NCBI GenBank assembly: GCA_965649765.1
Contig: OZ287757.1
Location: 31,682,001-31,746,000 of the forward strand
Length of the DNA: 64,000 bases
DNA from: Bispira polyomma
Taxonomy: Eukaryota
Reading direction: 5' to 3'
Positions within the stretch are counted from its first letter, which is position 1; each line of letters starts with the position of its first letter. Shown piece by piece: positions 1 through 11,689 of this stretch. The translations under genes and the position numbers were made by a program. Below the pieces are notes generated by a model that did no database searches, was not told the origin of the DNA, and was given only the letters and a program-made list of their open reading frames with translations.

Positions 1-903
1 AATGCAGCTTATGGGGGTCAATTTAAGACCTTTTTAGCTTTCCTTCAATTTTCAGGGATTTCACATATTACTGTGCATGCCATTATAGCTTTCTTAGAAT
101 ATCTGGTTCAAAACCAGTTGTCCCCAGGTGCAATTAAAAATTACATGGCTGCACTAAGATTCAGTGCAAACAAATATCACTGGGACTTACCCCCTTTCAT
201 ATACAATTCTGTGGCACTTTTCTTGAGAAGTTTATCCCACAACTCCAACTTTAGGCCGAAACCTAAAGAAATTTTCACTATTCACCAACTATTGCAAATC
301 TCAGTTACTTGTGAGATCTTAGATGATCCTGTCCTCTTTAGAGCAATTTTTCTTGTAGCCTTTTTCGGCTTCCTACGACTATCAAACATGGCACCTCATG
401 CCAGGTCAGCTTTTGACCCTTCCAGGCATTTCCTTAGGAGGGATGTGGTTTTTGGTCATCCAGGGGCTCACATCATCATTAAATGGGCAAAAAATTTGCA
501 AAACAGAAGTGACACCCACATAGTACAAATTACACAATTAGAGAACAAGATTATTTGCCCAGTTACTGCTTTAAAAGCACTGCTTCAATCTAGAACATTA
601 AGGGGTGGGGACCCTCTCTTTGCTATCATGAGAAAACCACATGATACAATAGTGGACTCTCACGTCAGAGCAGCCTTGCAAAAAATTCTGTCACACATTG
701 GATTACAGTATAGTACACATGGCTTCCACACCTTTAGAAGGTCGGGAGCCACCTTTGCCTTCAATCACAACGTATCCCTTCAAAATATTATGTTGCATGG
801 CCTTTGGAGATCGTCAGCAGTATGGTCTTACTTACAAAAAACATCCCAGGCTGCGTCTGTCGTCCCCCTTATCTTTGCCTCTGCTATCCCTTCCGTTCTT
901 TAG
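1..903 (+). CDS. Tyrosine recombinase of retrotransposon YR-A (5' end cut by window edge)
   Basis: Open from base 1 (NAAYGGQFKTFLAFLQF...) to TAG 903. Catalytic motifs FLRLSN, KWAK, HTFRR, HGLW and VWSY are present. Homologous to 27568-28461. Confidence 0.92.
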   Translation, partial: NAAYGGQFKTFLAFLQFSGISHITVHAIIAFLEYLVQNQLSPGAIKNYMAALRFSANKYHWDLPPFIYNSVALFLRSLSHNSNFRPKPKEIFTIHQLLQISVTCEILDDPVLFRAIFLVAFFGFLRLSNMAPHARSAFDPSRHFLRRDVVFGHPGAHIIIKWAKNLQNRSDTHIVQITQLENKIICPVTALKALLQSRTLRGGDPLFAIMRKPHDTIVDSHVRAALQKILSHIGLQYSTHGFHTFRRSGATFAFNHNVSLQNIMLHGLWRSSAVWSYLQKTSQAASVVPLIFASAIPSVL

Positions 904-3554
904 TTTGGCTTGGGGCATTAAAATTTTACTTATCTTAAAAATTTTAAGCAATTTCATGGTATGTTAATGTCAATTGTAAAATATATATATATATATATGT
1001 ATGCTAACATGTAAAAAATAAATACTCAATCGAAATCTTTTATTACCTCTTCACCATCACAATAAATATATCAGAGCTGAAGGTCAAACTTGACCTTTCA
1101 CAACTCATGACCTTGTAGCTTAAAATCTTGCTTTCAACATTTGGGGACTGTGGTAATCGTGATCAAAACCTAGAGGAATAATGTATGGAACGTTTCAAGA
1201 CGTAAAAAAATGAGCCAAAAATCAGCTGCATTTTGCGACCCAAAAAACAGTAGTATTTTCAGTGAGATTAATTTGGCAATAAAATTTCCTTGATGTGTCC
1301 TTTTTCGAGGGTGCAAGACTAGAAAGCGGGGAGGGGGCTTTGGCCCACCATAAAATCTTTCCGCATTCAAATTCTCACTCCTTTCGAGTCGGGGAGTGTA
1401 TAGAGAAACAAGTTTTGAAAGCGTAGTTTAAATTTTAAAAAGTCTAACGATTTTGTTTAGTTTTATCAGTAAATTTTATATACAACAATGCCACATGTAA
1501 AACTACTCAATTGTAGCAAGTGTTTGTAAAAGCATGAGAGACCTGCTGGTCGAAATTGTACTATGTTACTGGATCTGTCTACTGAGGAAACCAGCGCGCT
1601 TCCAGATGACGACACTCTGTCCAGCTCTACAATAAACGGTGAGGTTTTAAATTCTATTCTAAAACAGCTATTGAATATGACCAAAATGCTGGAAAAAATG
1701 GATAAGAGGGTTAGAGTCATAGAAGCAGCGTTGGCAACCACCTCAAAGGATCTGGCCACTATAGGTTCTTCTAGTTTGTCTTCCGTACACTCTGGTGCCG
1801 GCCAAACAAGTAATGACTCGAGTATCATTCCTAGTGTAGATTTTCTAAAACAAAATGTTGACATACAAGCTCAGGTCAAGTTACGGCTAAGGGAACTTAA
1901 ATCATTAAATGAAAGTCTGTCAAAAGGTAAAATAAAGTCCTAACGTGGGGGGAAAAATAAAAAAAAAACGTGGGGGCAGCTCGGATGTGTTTGTGAAAAG
2001 AGTGGTCGAATGGCCTCAAAATCACGTCCTAACCGGCACGGTTTAAACCATACCTTCATACAACGACCTAACTTTGGTACAATGGGTCTGTGGGTTTACC
2101 AAGACTATACAGGAAGAAAAGAATGCGCAAAATAAAGCTGCCATGTTAGACTACATGGCAAGCCTAATGAAAATGCTCAGGATTTTTCCTGGGAAGGAGC
2201 CAAGGCTTGCCATGCAGTCGTCTTAACGAATATGGAGATGGATAGGCTAAATTAGGTGGACATTGACAAGGTTGATTGAATCCAAAGAGCACATGCCCAG
2301 AGACATATTAGCAGTGGTTCATCACATAACTCGGGAACTAAGGGCTCTGCGGCTAGTAAAACACATGCAACGAAATTGGGATCAATGTCATGTAAATTCT
2401 TTCAGGAACGTAATTGCAAGTTCTAGAGTAGTCACAAAACGAGGACAATATTATAAACACACATGTGAAACATGCGAGGGGACACACAAGACGAATGGTA
2501 GTACTATAAAAATGCAAAAAACTAAGGGGCCACTGCAAAAAAAAATCTAAAAGGGGTTAGGAAAATGTGTGACAGAATGGTGTACAATACTGTTTTCACA
2601 GATTTTTAGGTTTTTGACAAAAAAGTGATCAATAAAATGTGTCACTATTTAAAAGACAAAAAGCAGGAATCAGTTATGCAGATGCAGCCAAACAGGGGGG
2701 AAAACAAGGTGTCAAAATTTGCGAAAGAAGTAGAGGGTCGAATAAAGTCCTAATTTCAACAATGGTGTAACCGTTAAAAAGGGGGAAAATACAAATATTT
2801 TGAATGAAAAGGTTACCTCTAACTAGCGTCGCACCAGAAAAAAAGTAACACGTCCGTTTGTACATACAAATAACAATGTAAAAAGTTTAACAATACCCCC
2901 ACAGGCGGGCACACCTATTTACAATAGGTTTGACCCTCTCATGGAGGAAAAGTGTGAAAGTAATGGACAGAGCTTGCCCCCCTTGCCAACAAAAGGTGTG
3001 AAAGTGTGAAAAAGAGGGGCAGTATAATGGTTCCCACAAAGTCAAACACAATAGGTGGTAAACAAACCACAAAGGCGTACTGGGATAACAATGACCATGG
3101 TGTTCACATTGTCCCTAAGACAAGTATTATTATTAACTAAAGGTAAAAAAAAAAAAAAAAAATGATTTGTTGTCAAATGCCAAGGGGACAAAATGTTCAA
3201 AAATGGGAGGTGCAAAATGATTTCTCCTTTGGCTTTATCCCCCTTTCTGGGTTGGGCGAGGTGGTACTACAACGAAACAAAGCATGAACTTAATGTACTG
3301 GAGGGACATGCCGTATTGAGAAAGGATATGCATCATAATTATTGTGCATTGCAACTAATTGCTTCCCAATTACACGAACAAAACTGGAAGAATGTAAAGC
3401 ACCACCCCGGTGGTGGAGAGTTCAGTTCTTGGTGGACCAGTCTAATCGTCGTCATGGCTCACTGGGCGGTACTATATAAGCTGTCACTCGTCAATAATTT
3501 TACCTTTGCAAGTCCAACAAGTTTAACAGTTACACAGATCAGAGTGTTTTTATG

Positions 3555-3940
3555 GATCAGCCACAATTAAAAGGACGGCAATATTCACAAAGGGCGCACA
3601 TGTTCATATTTGTTTAGATGGTTTTAATCTACTGTTTTAGTGTTTTATAGATCAGCCACAATTAAAAGGACGGCAATATTCACAAAGGGTGTGAATGTTA
3701 CTATTTTGTTTATATGGTTTTTAACATACTGTTTTAGTGTTTTTTATAGATTAGCCACAATTAAAAGGGCGGCAATATTCACAAAGGGCACATGTTGATA
3801 TTTTGTTTGTATGTTTTCTAATCTACTGTTGTAGTATTGATATAAACACTGCAGATCAGCCACAATTAAAAGGGCGTCAATATTAACAAAGGGCGTTGAT
3901 GTTGATAAATTTGTTTTACATGTGTTTACTGTTTTTAGTA
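3555..3940 (+). repeat. Four-copy ~95-105 bp tandem repeat in the YR-C 5' leader
   Basis: Units begin gatcagccacaattaaaagg at 3555, 3650, 3749 and 3854. Confidence 0.9.
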
Positions 3941-3978
3941 TTTTGCATTATTGTACATTAACTCTCTGTGATACAAAC

Positions 3979-5028
3979 ATGCCTAAAGTCAAGGTATACG
4001 GTTGTACCAAATGTGGTACTCAGCACGCCCGTCCGGTAGGCAGCAAATGTCAGGTCGTGTTATCAGAGGAAGTAGCTATTGAAGAAATTCCATCGGATGA
4101 AGAGACTATCGACACCAGTTCGGTTGGTGCTGACAGTCTGGCCGTAGTTTCCGGGCAAATACTATCACAGTTACAGGCCATGGGCCAGTTAATGGAGAAA
4201 CTAGACAAGCGAGTTTCTGCAACCGAAACGACTCTTGCAGCCGCCAACTGTGTCGGCACTGCTAACACACAGGCTAAGTCAGATACTGCTTCCAGCACCG
4301 CTTCCACCAGTTTGAGTGGGGAGAGCACAGCGAATAGTGAAAATATTGTGGTACCAAGTGTACAGTTTCTTAAGCAGAATAACAACATTCAAAACCAAGT
4401 CGAGTTAAGACTCGCCGAGCTCAAGCAGTTAAATGAAAACTCGGTGAAAGGTAAGATTAAATCACAAAGGAGGGGAGGTGTTGACGTCATAGTAAAGTGC
4501 GTGGTGGAATGGCCTCAAAATCATGTCCTATCCGGGAACTTTAAGGCAAGACCGTCTTACGATGACTTAACTTTAAATCAGTGGGTCTGCGGATTCACAC
4601 GCATAATACAGGACAAAAAATCTCCCGAAACCAAAGAGATCATGCTCGATTACATGGCTGGATTAATGGAGGACTCCCAGGATTTTTCCTGGGAGGCCGC
4701 CAAAGCATGTCACACGGTTGTATTAACAACTATGGAGATGGATAAGCTTAATTGGAGCGACGTCGACAAACTTGACTGGCTTAGGCGGGCACACGCTCAA
4801 AGGCATGTCTCTGGCAGTGGTGGTTTACAGGGTTCACTTGCGAAAGGCGTAGGAAAAAATCAAACCTTTAGTAAGTCCACGACAGCTAATTGTAAATTTT
4901 TTCAGGATGGCTCTTGTAAATACCCATCCAGTCATAAGACAGGCACCACTTTTTTCAAGCACGTGTGTGAAACCTGGTCTGGAACTCATAAAACCACAAA
5001 CTGCAGTAAAAAAGCAGCAAAAAACTAA
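3979..5028 (+). CDS. Gag-like ORF1 of YR-C (intact)
   Basis: N-terminal CxxCxxxHxRPxGxxC knuckle, coiled coil, WPQNHV/YDDL/QWVCGF core and C-terminal Cys/His fingers. Homologous to the other gag copies. Confidence 0.88.
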   Translation: MPKVKVYGCTKCGTQHARPVGSKCQVVLSEEVAIEEIPSDEETIDTSSVGADSLAVVSGQILSQLQAMGQLMEKLDKRVSATETTLAAANCVGTANTQAKSDTASSTASTSLSGESTANSENIVVPSVQFLKQNNNIQNQVELRLAELKQLNENSVKGKIKSQRRGGVDVIVKCVVEWPQNHVLSGNFKARPSYDDLTLNQWVCGFTRIIQDKKSPETKEIMLDYMAGLMEDSQDFSWEAAKACHTVVLTTMEMDKLNWSDVDKLDWLRRAHAQRHVSGSGGLQGSLAKGVGKNQTFSKSTTANCKFFQDGSCKYPSSHKTGTTFFKHVCETWSGTHKTTNCSKKAAKN

Positions 5029-5053
5029 GGGGCCACTGCAGAAATGCAGTGGC
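5019..5053 (+). promoter_or_regulatory. Predicted -1 ribosomal frameshift signal at the gag-pol junction
   Basis: In-phase A_AAA_AAC (5019-5025), 6-nt spacer, hairpin gccactgca-GAAA-tgcagtggc (5032-5053). The -1 frame is the pol-homologous ORF 5049-5480. Confidence 0.8.
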
Positions 5054-7032
5054 TGAAAATCTGGTTTATAGTGGGCAGTTTTACAGGACTGACTTCCAGG
5101 ACTTCCATTTGTTCAGCAGACCTTTTAGTACGGATTCAGTTAGAAAACTTAAGGCCATTGCTGATGTGGTGGATCCTTGTGAAAGTATCGAGACTGAAAG
5201 CAATACAAATAATATTGAAACTGACAAATATGCGTTTGAGTTAAAACAAAAGGCAAATAAGAGGGAACTCCTGGATAAAGCAAAAAACTGTAAACCTAAT
5301 TGTGCTTGGCGTGCTCAAAACAGAGTGGCCTATGGCTTCACACCACTGTCAGACTTGGGCTGCAGGGTGTGGGACCATGGCTCAACAAATTATAGCTCTG
5401 ATATTCTTAGAATGCATAAATTACTCCGCCAGGATGGCAAACAAAACTTTAAAGGGTTGCAATTACCGGTTACTTCTTAGTTAAAACCCGAAAAGTGAGC
5501 TCAGTACCTCGAGAATTACTGGGAATGGCAGTCACCGTTACTTATTAAATATGGCTTCCCCCTGGATGTCAATCGTGACAACATTGATCAGTCGCATGAA
5601 GAAAACCATAAATCGGCAATTGACTTTCACGAACACGTGGACACCTATTTTACGGATGAGTGTAAGTTCGGAGCAATACTGGGTCCTTTTGACAAACCCC
5701 CTATAAAGAACATGCACTTCTCTCCCATGATGAACCGTGATAAGTCTAGTTCAACCAACAGAAGGGTCATTGTAGACCTCAGTTGGTCTATTGGTCGTTC
5801 TGTTAATGCAGGGGCTTCTGTGTGCGAATATCTGGGGACAGAATTTTTGTTGTCCTATCCCTCAGTTGATAATGTAACTAGGGAAGTGGCAGAGCTGGGC
5901 AGAGGTTGCCATATCTTTAAAGTCGATAAAAGTCGCGCATTTAGGCATGTGCCTATAGACCCTGGGGATGTGGATTTGCTTGGTCTTAAATGGGGGTCCT
6001 ATTATCTGGATAGATCATTACCGTTCGGATATCAGAATGGCTCCACTATTTTCCAGCAAATTTCTGACTCGGTAAGATACATCATGGCGCAGGAAGGCTA
6101 CCATATACAGGCTTATATCGACGATTATCTATGTGTGGCCCTTCCCAGCAAAATTGGGAAGATATATAACAGACTACAGGGTCTGCTGACGGAACTAGGT
6201 CTCACGGTCAGTCCTAAGAAACTTGTTCCCCCTAGTACTGAGGTCATTTGCTTAGGCATATAAGTAAACACTGAGACTTTTACAACGTCTATTCCAGCAG
6301 AGACGCTGGGGGAAATCAGAGCATTCTGTAAGCAGTGGGAGGGTAAGAGTACTCGTACTAAGAGAGAATTACAATCACTGCTAGGGTCCCTCCTTTACGT
6401 GTTGAAATGCATAAGATATTCTCGGGAATACTTCAACCGCATGTTGCAAACTTTAAGAGACAATCACAGCAAGAAACACTTCCCTATAACTAAGGATTTT
6501 AGGAGAGATCTTAAGTGGTTCCTCACGTTCATGCAGCAGTTCAATGGAGTCACTTTTTTTGCCCATAGACCAACTTATGCACAGGTAGAGCTAGATGCCT
6601 GCCTAACTGGGATGGGGGGCATCTATGATAACCAAGTATACAAACTTAACATTCCCTCAGACATGTCTCAGGATAACATAGCGTCCCGGAAGATGCTCCA
6701 TATTTTAGTGGCCTTAAGGCTTTGGGCTTCGTCCTGGAAGGGCAAACATGTACTTTTTAAGTGCGATAACCAGGCCGTTGTCAGCGTACTTACGCATGGG
6801 CGCACACAGGACCCACTTTTGGCCACCTATTCTCGAAATATCTATATGATTGCCAGTCAGTTTGACATTGATCTCAGAGTAATCCATATAATGGCAGTTA
6901 AAAACAAGGTGGCAGACTTGTTGTCCAGGTGGGACAAGACTAACGATAATCTCAAATTGCTGCATGAATGGGTGGGACCAGTAGTATGGACCCACACATG
7001 CAGACCTCTTAAAGATCGACAAAAGTATATAA
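5025..7032 (+). pseudogene. RT/RNase H (pol) of YR-C, disrupted
   Basis: YGFPLD, PFG, YIDD, LDAC, KCDN and ADLLSR motifs with in-frame stops (5478, 6261) and small indels. Confidence 0.9.
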
Positions 7033-7065
7033 TATTTAAAGATTGTTATTTATATTTTGTGTCAG

Positions 7066-7845
7066 GTTCGAGTCCAGCGGGTGCACTGCTTACCAAGTTA
7101 GCTTGTGACAGATTGCATTCAGCCTTTGCTGCGTCCACGTGGAAGGCCTACAGCAGTATGTTCAGGCTCTTTCTGGCCTTTAACATTTTCATGGACTGGC
7201 AGATAAATCAGGGGAATGCGTCCCAATTACATGCTTACTTGGAGTTCCTCAATTTTAACAGCGTCACCCCTTCCCAGATATCTAACTACTTGGCAGCTAT
7301 TAAGGCCAAGTTTTCCAATTAAAAACTGAGGTGTTCTCGGACGCCAGAATTGCCTGTTACACAAAGGCCTTATTGGTAAATAGACCTCTTAAAGTGAAAT
7401 TAAAAAGTTTATTTGACATTCCCCTGCTCTTGAACCTTATTCAGAAATGTGACTGTACATACATGGGGCAAATTTTTAAGGCTGTATATCCCACCAGTTG
7501 CTTTCTAAGACTTTCTAATCTGTGCCCACATTCGGTGGCTGCATTTTCCCCTTTGAAACATTTGGCCAGGGGGGACGTCATGTTTAAACCTGGTTATGTC
7601 ATACTGTTAATGAAATGGGCTAAAACAATGCAGAAAAGAGATTCAGTTAGGCTGCTTTTCCTTCCTGCCCTCCCAGGTTCGAGTTTATGTCCGGTTAAGG
7701 CTATCAAGGCAGCTTTGGCTCTTGCCCCCCTGGCCCTAATGCTCCCCTCTTCCAGTACAAACTACACTCCACCTGGATTCCCCTTACTGATTCACATGTT
7801 CGTAGCCATTTAAAAAACCTCCTTCACTTGTTAAAATTGCAAACT
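7066..7845 (+). pseudogene. Tyrosine recombinase of YR-C, frameshifted and C-terminally deleted
   Basis: LHSAFAAST...FLRLSNLCPHS...KWAKT homology to 27476-28461. The HxxR/Y region is missing. Confidence 0.85.
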
Positions 7846-7853
7846 TTTGTTTG

Positions 7854-8230
7854 GGGCATAAGGTAACCTTACATTTGGCTAGTACATAACGTACTCATCC
7901 AAAGTTTTATAAAATTCTAATTTAATTTCAGTGAATGATTTAATCCTTTCACTTTATATATTAAACTTAACTTCATCTAACTTTTTACTTAGTTTATGGT
8001 AACCTCTAACTCACTCTAACTTATTTTCCTATTTATGGTTACCTTAATCTTTTATTGGGCACTTTATGGTCACCTTAATTTATGGTTTCCTTAAACTAGT
8101 TTATGGTAACCTTAATTCTCTGAAAATTTATTTTACTCTATGGTTACCTTAAGTACTTACCGTGCTTTCCATGGTTACCCTAATTTATGGTGACCTCAAA
8201 TTTTTCTCCATTTTTGGTTACCTTATGCCC
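7854..8230. repeat. GGTNACC palindrome array bounded by a 15-bp inverted repeat (YR-C 3' region)
   Basis: gggcataaggtaacc (7854-7868) pairs with ggttaccttatgccc (8216-8230), with about 10 tatggtNaccttaa-like units in total. Confidence 0.85.
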
Positions 8231-11200
8231 TAGTCACTAATAAAGTATCGTACCGCAATTGTTTTTCCTGTGTTAATAAGTAAAGTCACTTACATAACTG
8301 GCCTAAGGGAAAGATTACTGGGACTGGCAGTTGGTTTTACTAATCAAGTACGGGTTCCCGTTGGATTTCAAAGTGACATTAAATCAAATGGTGATAATCA
8401 TAAGTCAGCAGCAGAATGGCCAAATTATGTTGATATTTACATGCAATGTCGATTTGGAGCAATGCTTGGCCCGTTTGCAGAACCACCTATTAAAAACCTA
8501 CACTATTCATCTCTTATGACGAGGGATAAGTCTAGCTCAGGCAATAGATGAATGATAGTCGATTTGTAAATGCAGGGGTCTCCCCCATGTCGTACTTAGG
8601 CACCGACTTTATGTTGTCATATCCTTCTATAGATGGGCTAACTCAAGAGGTCTTAAAATGTGGTAAGGATTGTCTTATATATAAGGTTGACATTAGCAGG
8701 GTGTTTCATCACGTCCCGATTGGCCCTGGTGATGTCAACTTACTGGGCCTTAAATGGAAATCCTACTTTATCGATAAATCTTTACTCTTGGCTACCAGAA
8801 CAGTTCCACTATTTTTCAGCATCTTTCGGAAGTGGTTCGGTTCAAAATGAAGTCTGAAGGTCATGTGATTCATAATTATATAGACGATGTTTTATCGATT
8901 TTGGTAGCCAGTAAGATATATAAATCATATGAGAGATTGCAAGAGTTACTCACTGAACTTGGTTTAACAGTAAGCCAAAAGAAATTGATCCCTCCAGCCA
9001 CTGAAGTGGTCTAACTAGATATCATAACACTGTCGAACTGACAACCTCCATACCTAGTGAAAATCTATAACAAATTAAACAATTATGCAACCAATGGGAC
9101 ACTGAAGTATACTGTACCAAGAGAGAACTGCAATCACTACTGGGCATGTTGTTATACATAGACAAATGCATACAATATGCACTGGTGTTCCTTAACAGGA
9201 TGTTGGAACTGTTGAGAAATAATGACAGTTAAAATCGCTTCAAAATTACCCTTGATTTTAAAAGAGATCTTAATTGGTTTCAAACATTTTCAGAACAAAA
9301 TAATGGAGTTTCTTTCTTCCAACACAAACCGGTTACTGCCCAAATTAAATTGGACGCATGTTTGACGGGTACGGGAGGAATCTATGGCAACCAGGTATAT
9401 AAGATAAAGGTACCAATCAGTATCCAGAATGACAATATAGCTTATTTAGAGATATTAAATATCTTTGTTGCTCTCAAACTGTGGTCTAAGGAATGGAGGC
9501 GTGGACATAGGGTCCTTGTCAAGTGTGATAATCAGGCAGTAGTAAGTGTATTACAGAGTGGTAAAACCAGAGACCTGGTTTTGGCATCCTACAGCAGAAA
9601 TATCCATGTTAGTCAGTCGGTTGGACATTGAGGCAAATGTCATACACATCTTGGGTAAAAAGAACACAATTGCAGATCTGTTGTCTAGATGGACGGAAAG
9701 TACAGAAAATCATGCTCTTTTGTTTCAGCTAGCTGGCAGAGTGCAGTGGGTTTCAACTCATAGGAGTACTCACTGTAAACCATAATATTTGAACAGTATA
9801 TGTTTCTTGAATGCAGACACAAAGGCAGCAGAGACAATACTAACCAAGCAAGCTATTGAGAGGCTGAAGCTAACTTTTGCTCCTTCCACCAGCAAGGCTT
9901 ACTTGTGAATGTACAAGCTGTTCTTAGCCTTTGGGGGGTCTTTATGGCCTGGCCTCCAAACAAGGTGAGTATGTTCCAGCTTTTGTCATATTTAGAATTC
10001 TTGTACATAATGCTGTCTCTGTTTCTCAAGTTTTAAACCAACTGTCTGCCATTAAGGCTCAGTGTATAATGTTTAGGGTGGATGCCATCTATGGACACCT
10101 GGGTACGTAAACATCTATAAAATGTACTGAAAATATTGTCCTTGGACCACACCGGCTTAATGTTCCACACCATCTGACGTTCAGGTGCTACATTTGCTTT
10201 CAATAACAATGTCCGGTTACAAGACATTCAGAGACATGGCACCTAGATGTCGGACTTCGTCTGGCGTTACATTACCGACTCGGCTGATGCTGGAACACAA
10301 GTGGCTGACTGTTTCAAAAGAGTACTACTCACTACTTAAGTCTTGGTGTTTGATGGACTAGCAAACAAAATTTGACAGTAAAAAGTAAAAAAGAGAACAA
10401 ATAAAAGTTAAATATACTAGTAAATAGACAGAAAACTCCAATCAATGTCTCTGGCCATAAAGTAGCCCACAGCATTTAGTAAAATGACACTAATGCTTGA
10501 AAAGGAACTTTACCTCAAAATCTTCAAAACTTTAATGCATTTTATTTAAGGTCACCCTTATCCAAATTACTCATTCCTTAAACTCAATGTAAGAGGACTT
10601 CCAACTCACTTTAAGGTCAACCTATTTTAATGTGGGGTGGCCTTTAACTCACTTTAAGGACAACCCTATTCTTTAGGGTGACCTTTAATTCAACCTAAGG
10701 TTAACCCTAAACTTTGGGTTAAAGTCACCTTATGCCCACCTTATAACTGTACATATATGAACTAGTCCTAACAGTAGTAATAAATGTTTTAACCGCACTC
10801 CCTGTCTTATCTTATTAATCTAATATCTAAACTTTCAATATTGGCTTGTTAAACTAATTGCTGATATCTGAATCCTGGGCACTGATCACCCATTATTGCA
10901 ATGACTGATAAGAAATAAAACTACAAATCTACGCAAAATAATGTGTGTTTGTTGTTATCTATCAGTAACTAGGTCAATAAACATAAACCAAAACATAACT
11001 AGAGCATTGTGAACCAGCCGATTGATAATACGCACATATGAAAAATACGCACATCTACTACACACACAAGAGAAAAATCGAAAAAAGAGACAAAACAGGA
11101 AACCGTTGATAACAATTAGTAGCACTATTACTGAGTGCATAGAGGGTCATGAACCGATAGAAACATTAAGAGAGAGCAATGAAGGTACCGGGAAGGCATT

Positions 11201-11689
11201 TGATCAGCAACCTACAATACAACATGTACAGACCAGATTCATCCAAGTATCTGGAAGAACTTTACTGAGCATACCTACAAAATTTCAAGGAATGGTCAAC
11301 CAACATTGGTAAGCAGGAGGAGCAGCAGAAGATTCCTGTTGTACAGTTTTGATTGCTTTTTTGCACGTTTTTGTTTTGTAAGTAAACATAAAATATTATT
11401 TTATGAATTTCCTTTGTTATTTGTCAAATGTTACCTTCTAAAGTGCACAACATCCAATTGTTATTATCTATCTAAAAATACATCGATGTCAATGATAAGA
11501 TGTCGCTGATAATATGTATACCCCTTATATGATACAAAAATCAACCTCTAACTTTAAATTTGAACTAAGGATGTAAACATGTCAGTGATAATGTGTCACT
11601 GATAGGATATATACACCTTACACCTATATTCTCTATCAGCAATATTTGGTATAATTTTGATGTGTTGCTAAGTTGTTTTTGTATTCAAG

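Larger units (their letters stand above)
3400..8309 (+). mobile_element. YR-C: retrotransposon nested in the pol gene of YR-B
   Basis: Host pol homology stops at 3399 and resumes at 8310, with AAAG at both junctions. Contains a TATA-like tatataag (~3473), gag, pol, YR and AATAAA (~8239). Confidence 0.85.
1320..10860 (+). mobile_element. YR-B: decayed Ngaro/DIRS-type retrotransposon split by nested YR-C (own segments ~1320-3399 and 8310-~10860; outer ends approximate)
   Basis: gag ATG 1488 (CSKC..H.RP.G..C) to TAA 2525. pol breaks at SQLHEQNWK (3399) and resumes at KDYWDWQ (8311), followed by YIDD, LDAC and KCDN motifs. YR remnant 9817-10339 has an internal deletion. Many stops and frameshifts. 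Confidence 0.85.

Noticed and set aside
73-903. Phage or integron integrase, or a prokaryotic RT-recombinase system
   Set aside because: The YR genes are linked to gag and DIRS-type RT/RNase H in intron-containing animal DNA.
3555-3940. CRISPR-like array (conserved ~40-nt block with variable intervals)
   Set aside because: The intervals are homologous to one another, the context is eukaryotic and there are no cas genes. It is a plain tandem repeat.
1466-4388. Antisense ORFs opposite gag (1466-1864, 4050-4388; likewise 56898-57197)
   Set aside because: Shadow frames of coiled-coil coding sequence with no conserved start, length or motifs.
6399-7322. Natural RNase H-YR fusion ORF
   Set aside because: A small deletion near 6990 shifts the frame past the homologous pol stop (KIDKSI*, 7030-7032). 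The other copies keep pol and YR separate.
7854-8230. Harbinger-type MITE explanation for the GGGCATAAGG inverted repeat
   Set aside because: No target-site duplication, and the module occurs at the equivalent position in three diverged elements.
11022-11312. Harbinger Myb/SANT partner gene
   Set aside because: No recognisable Trp-spaced Myb motif; kept only as positional speculation.
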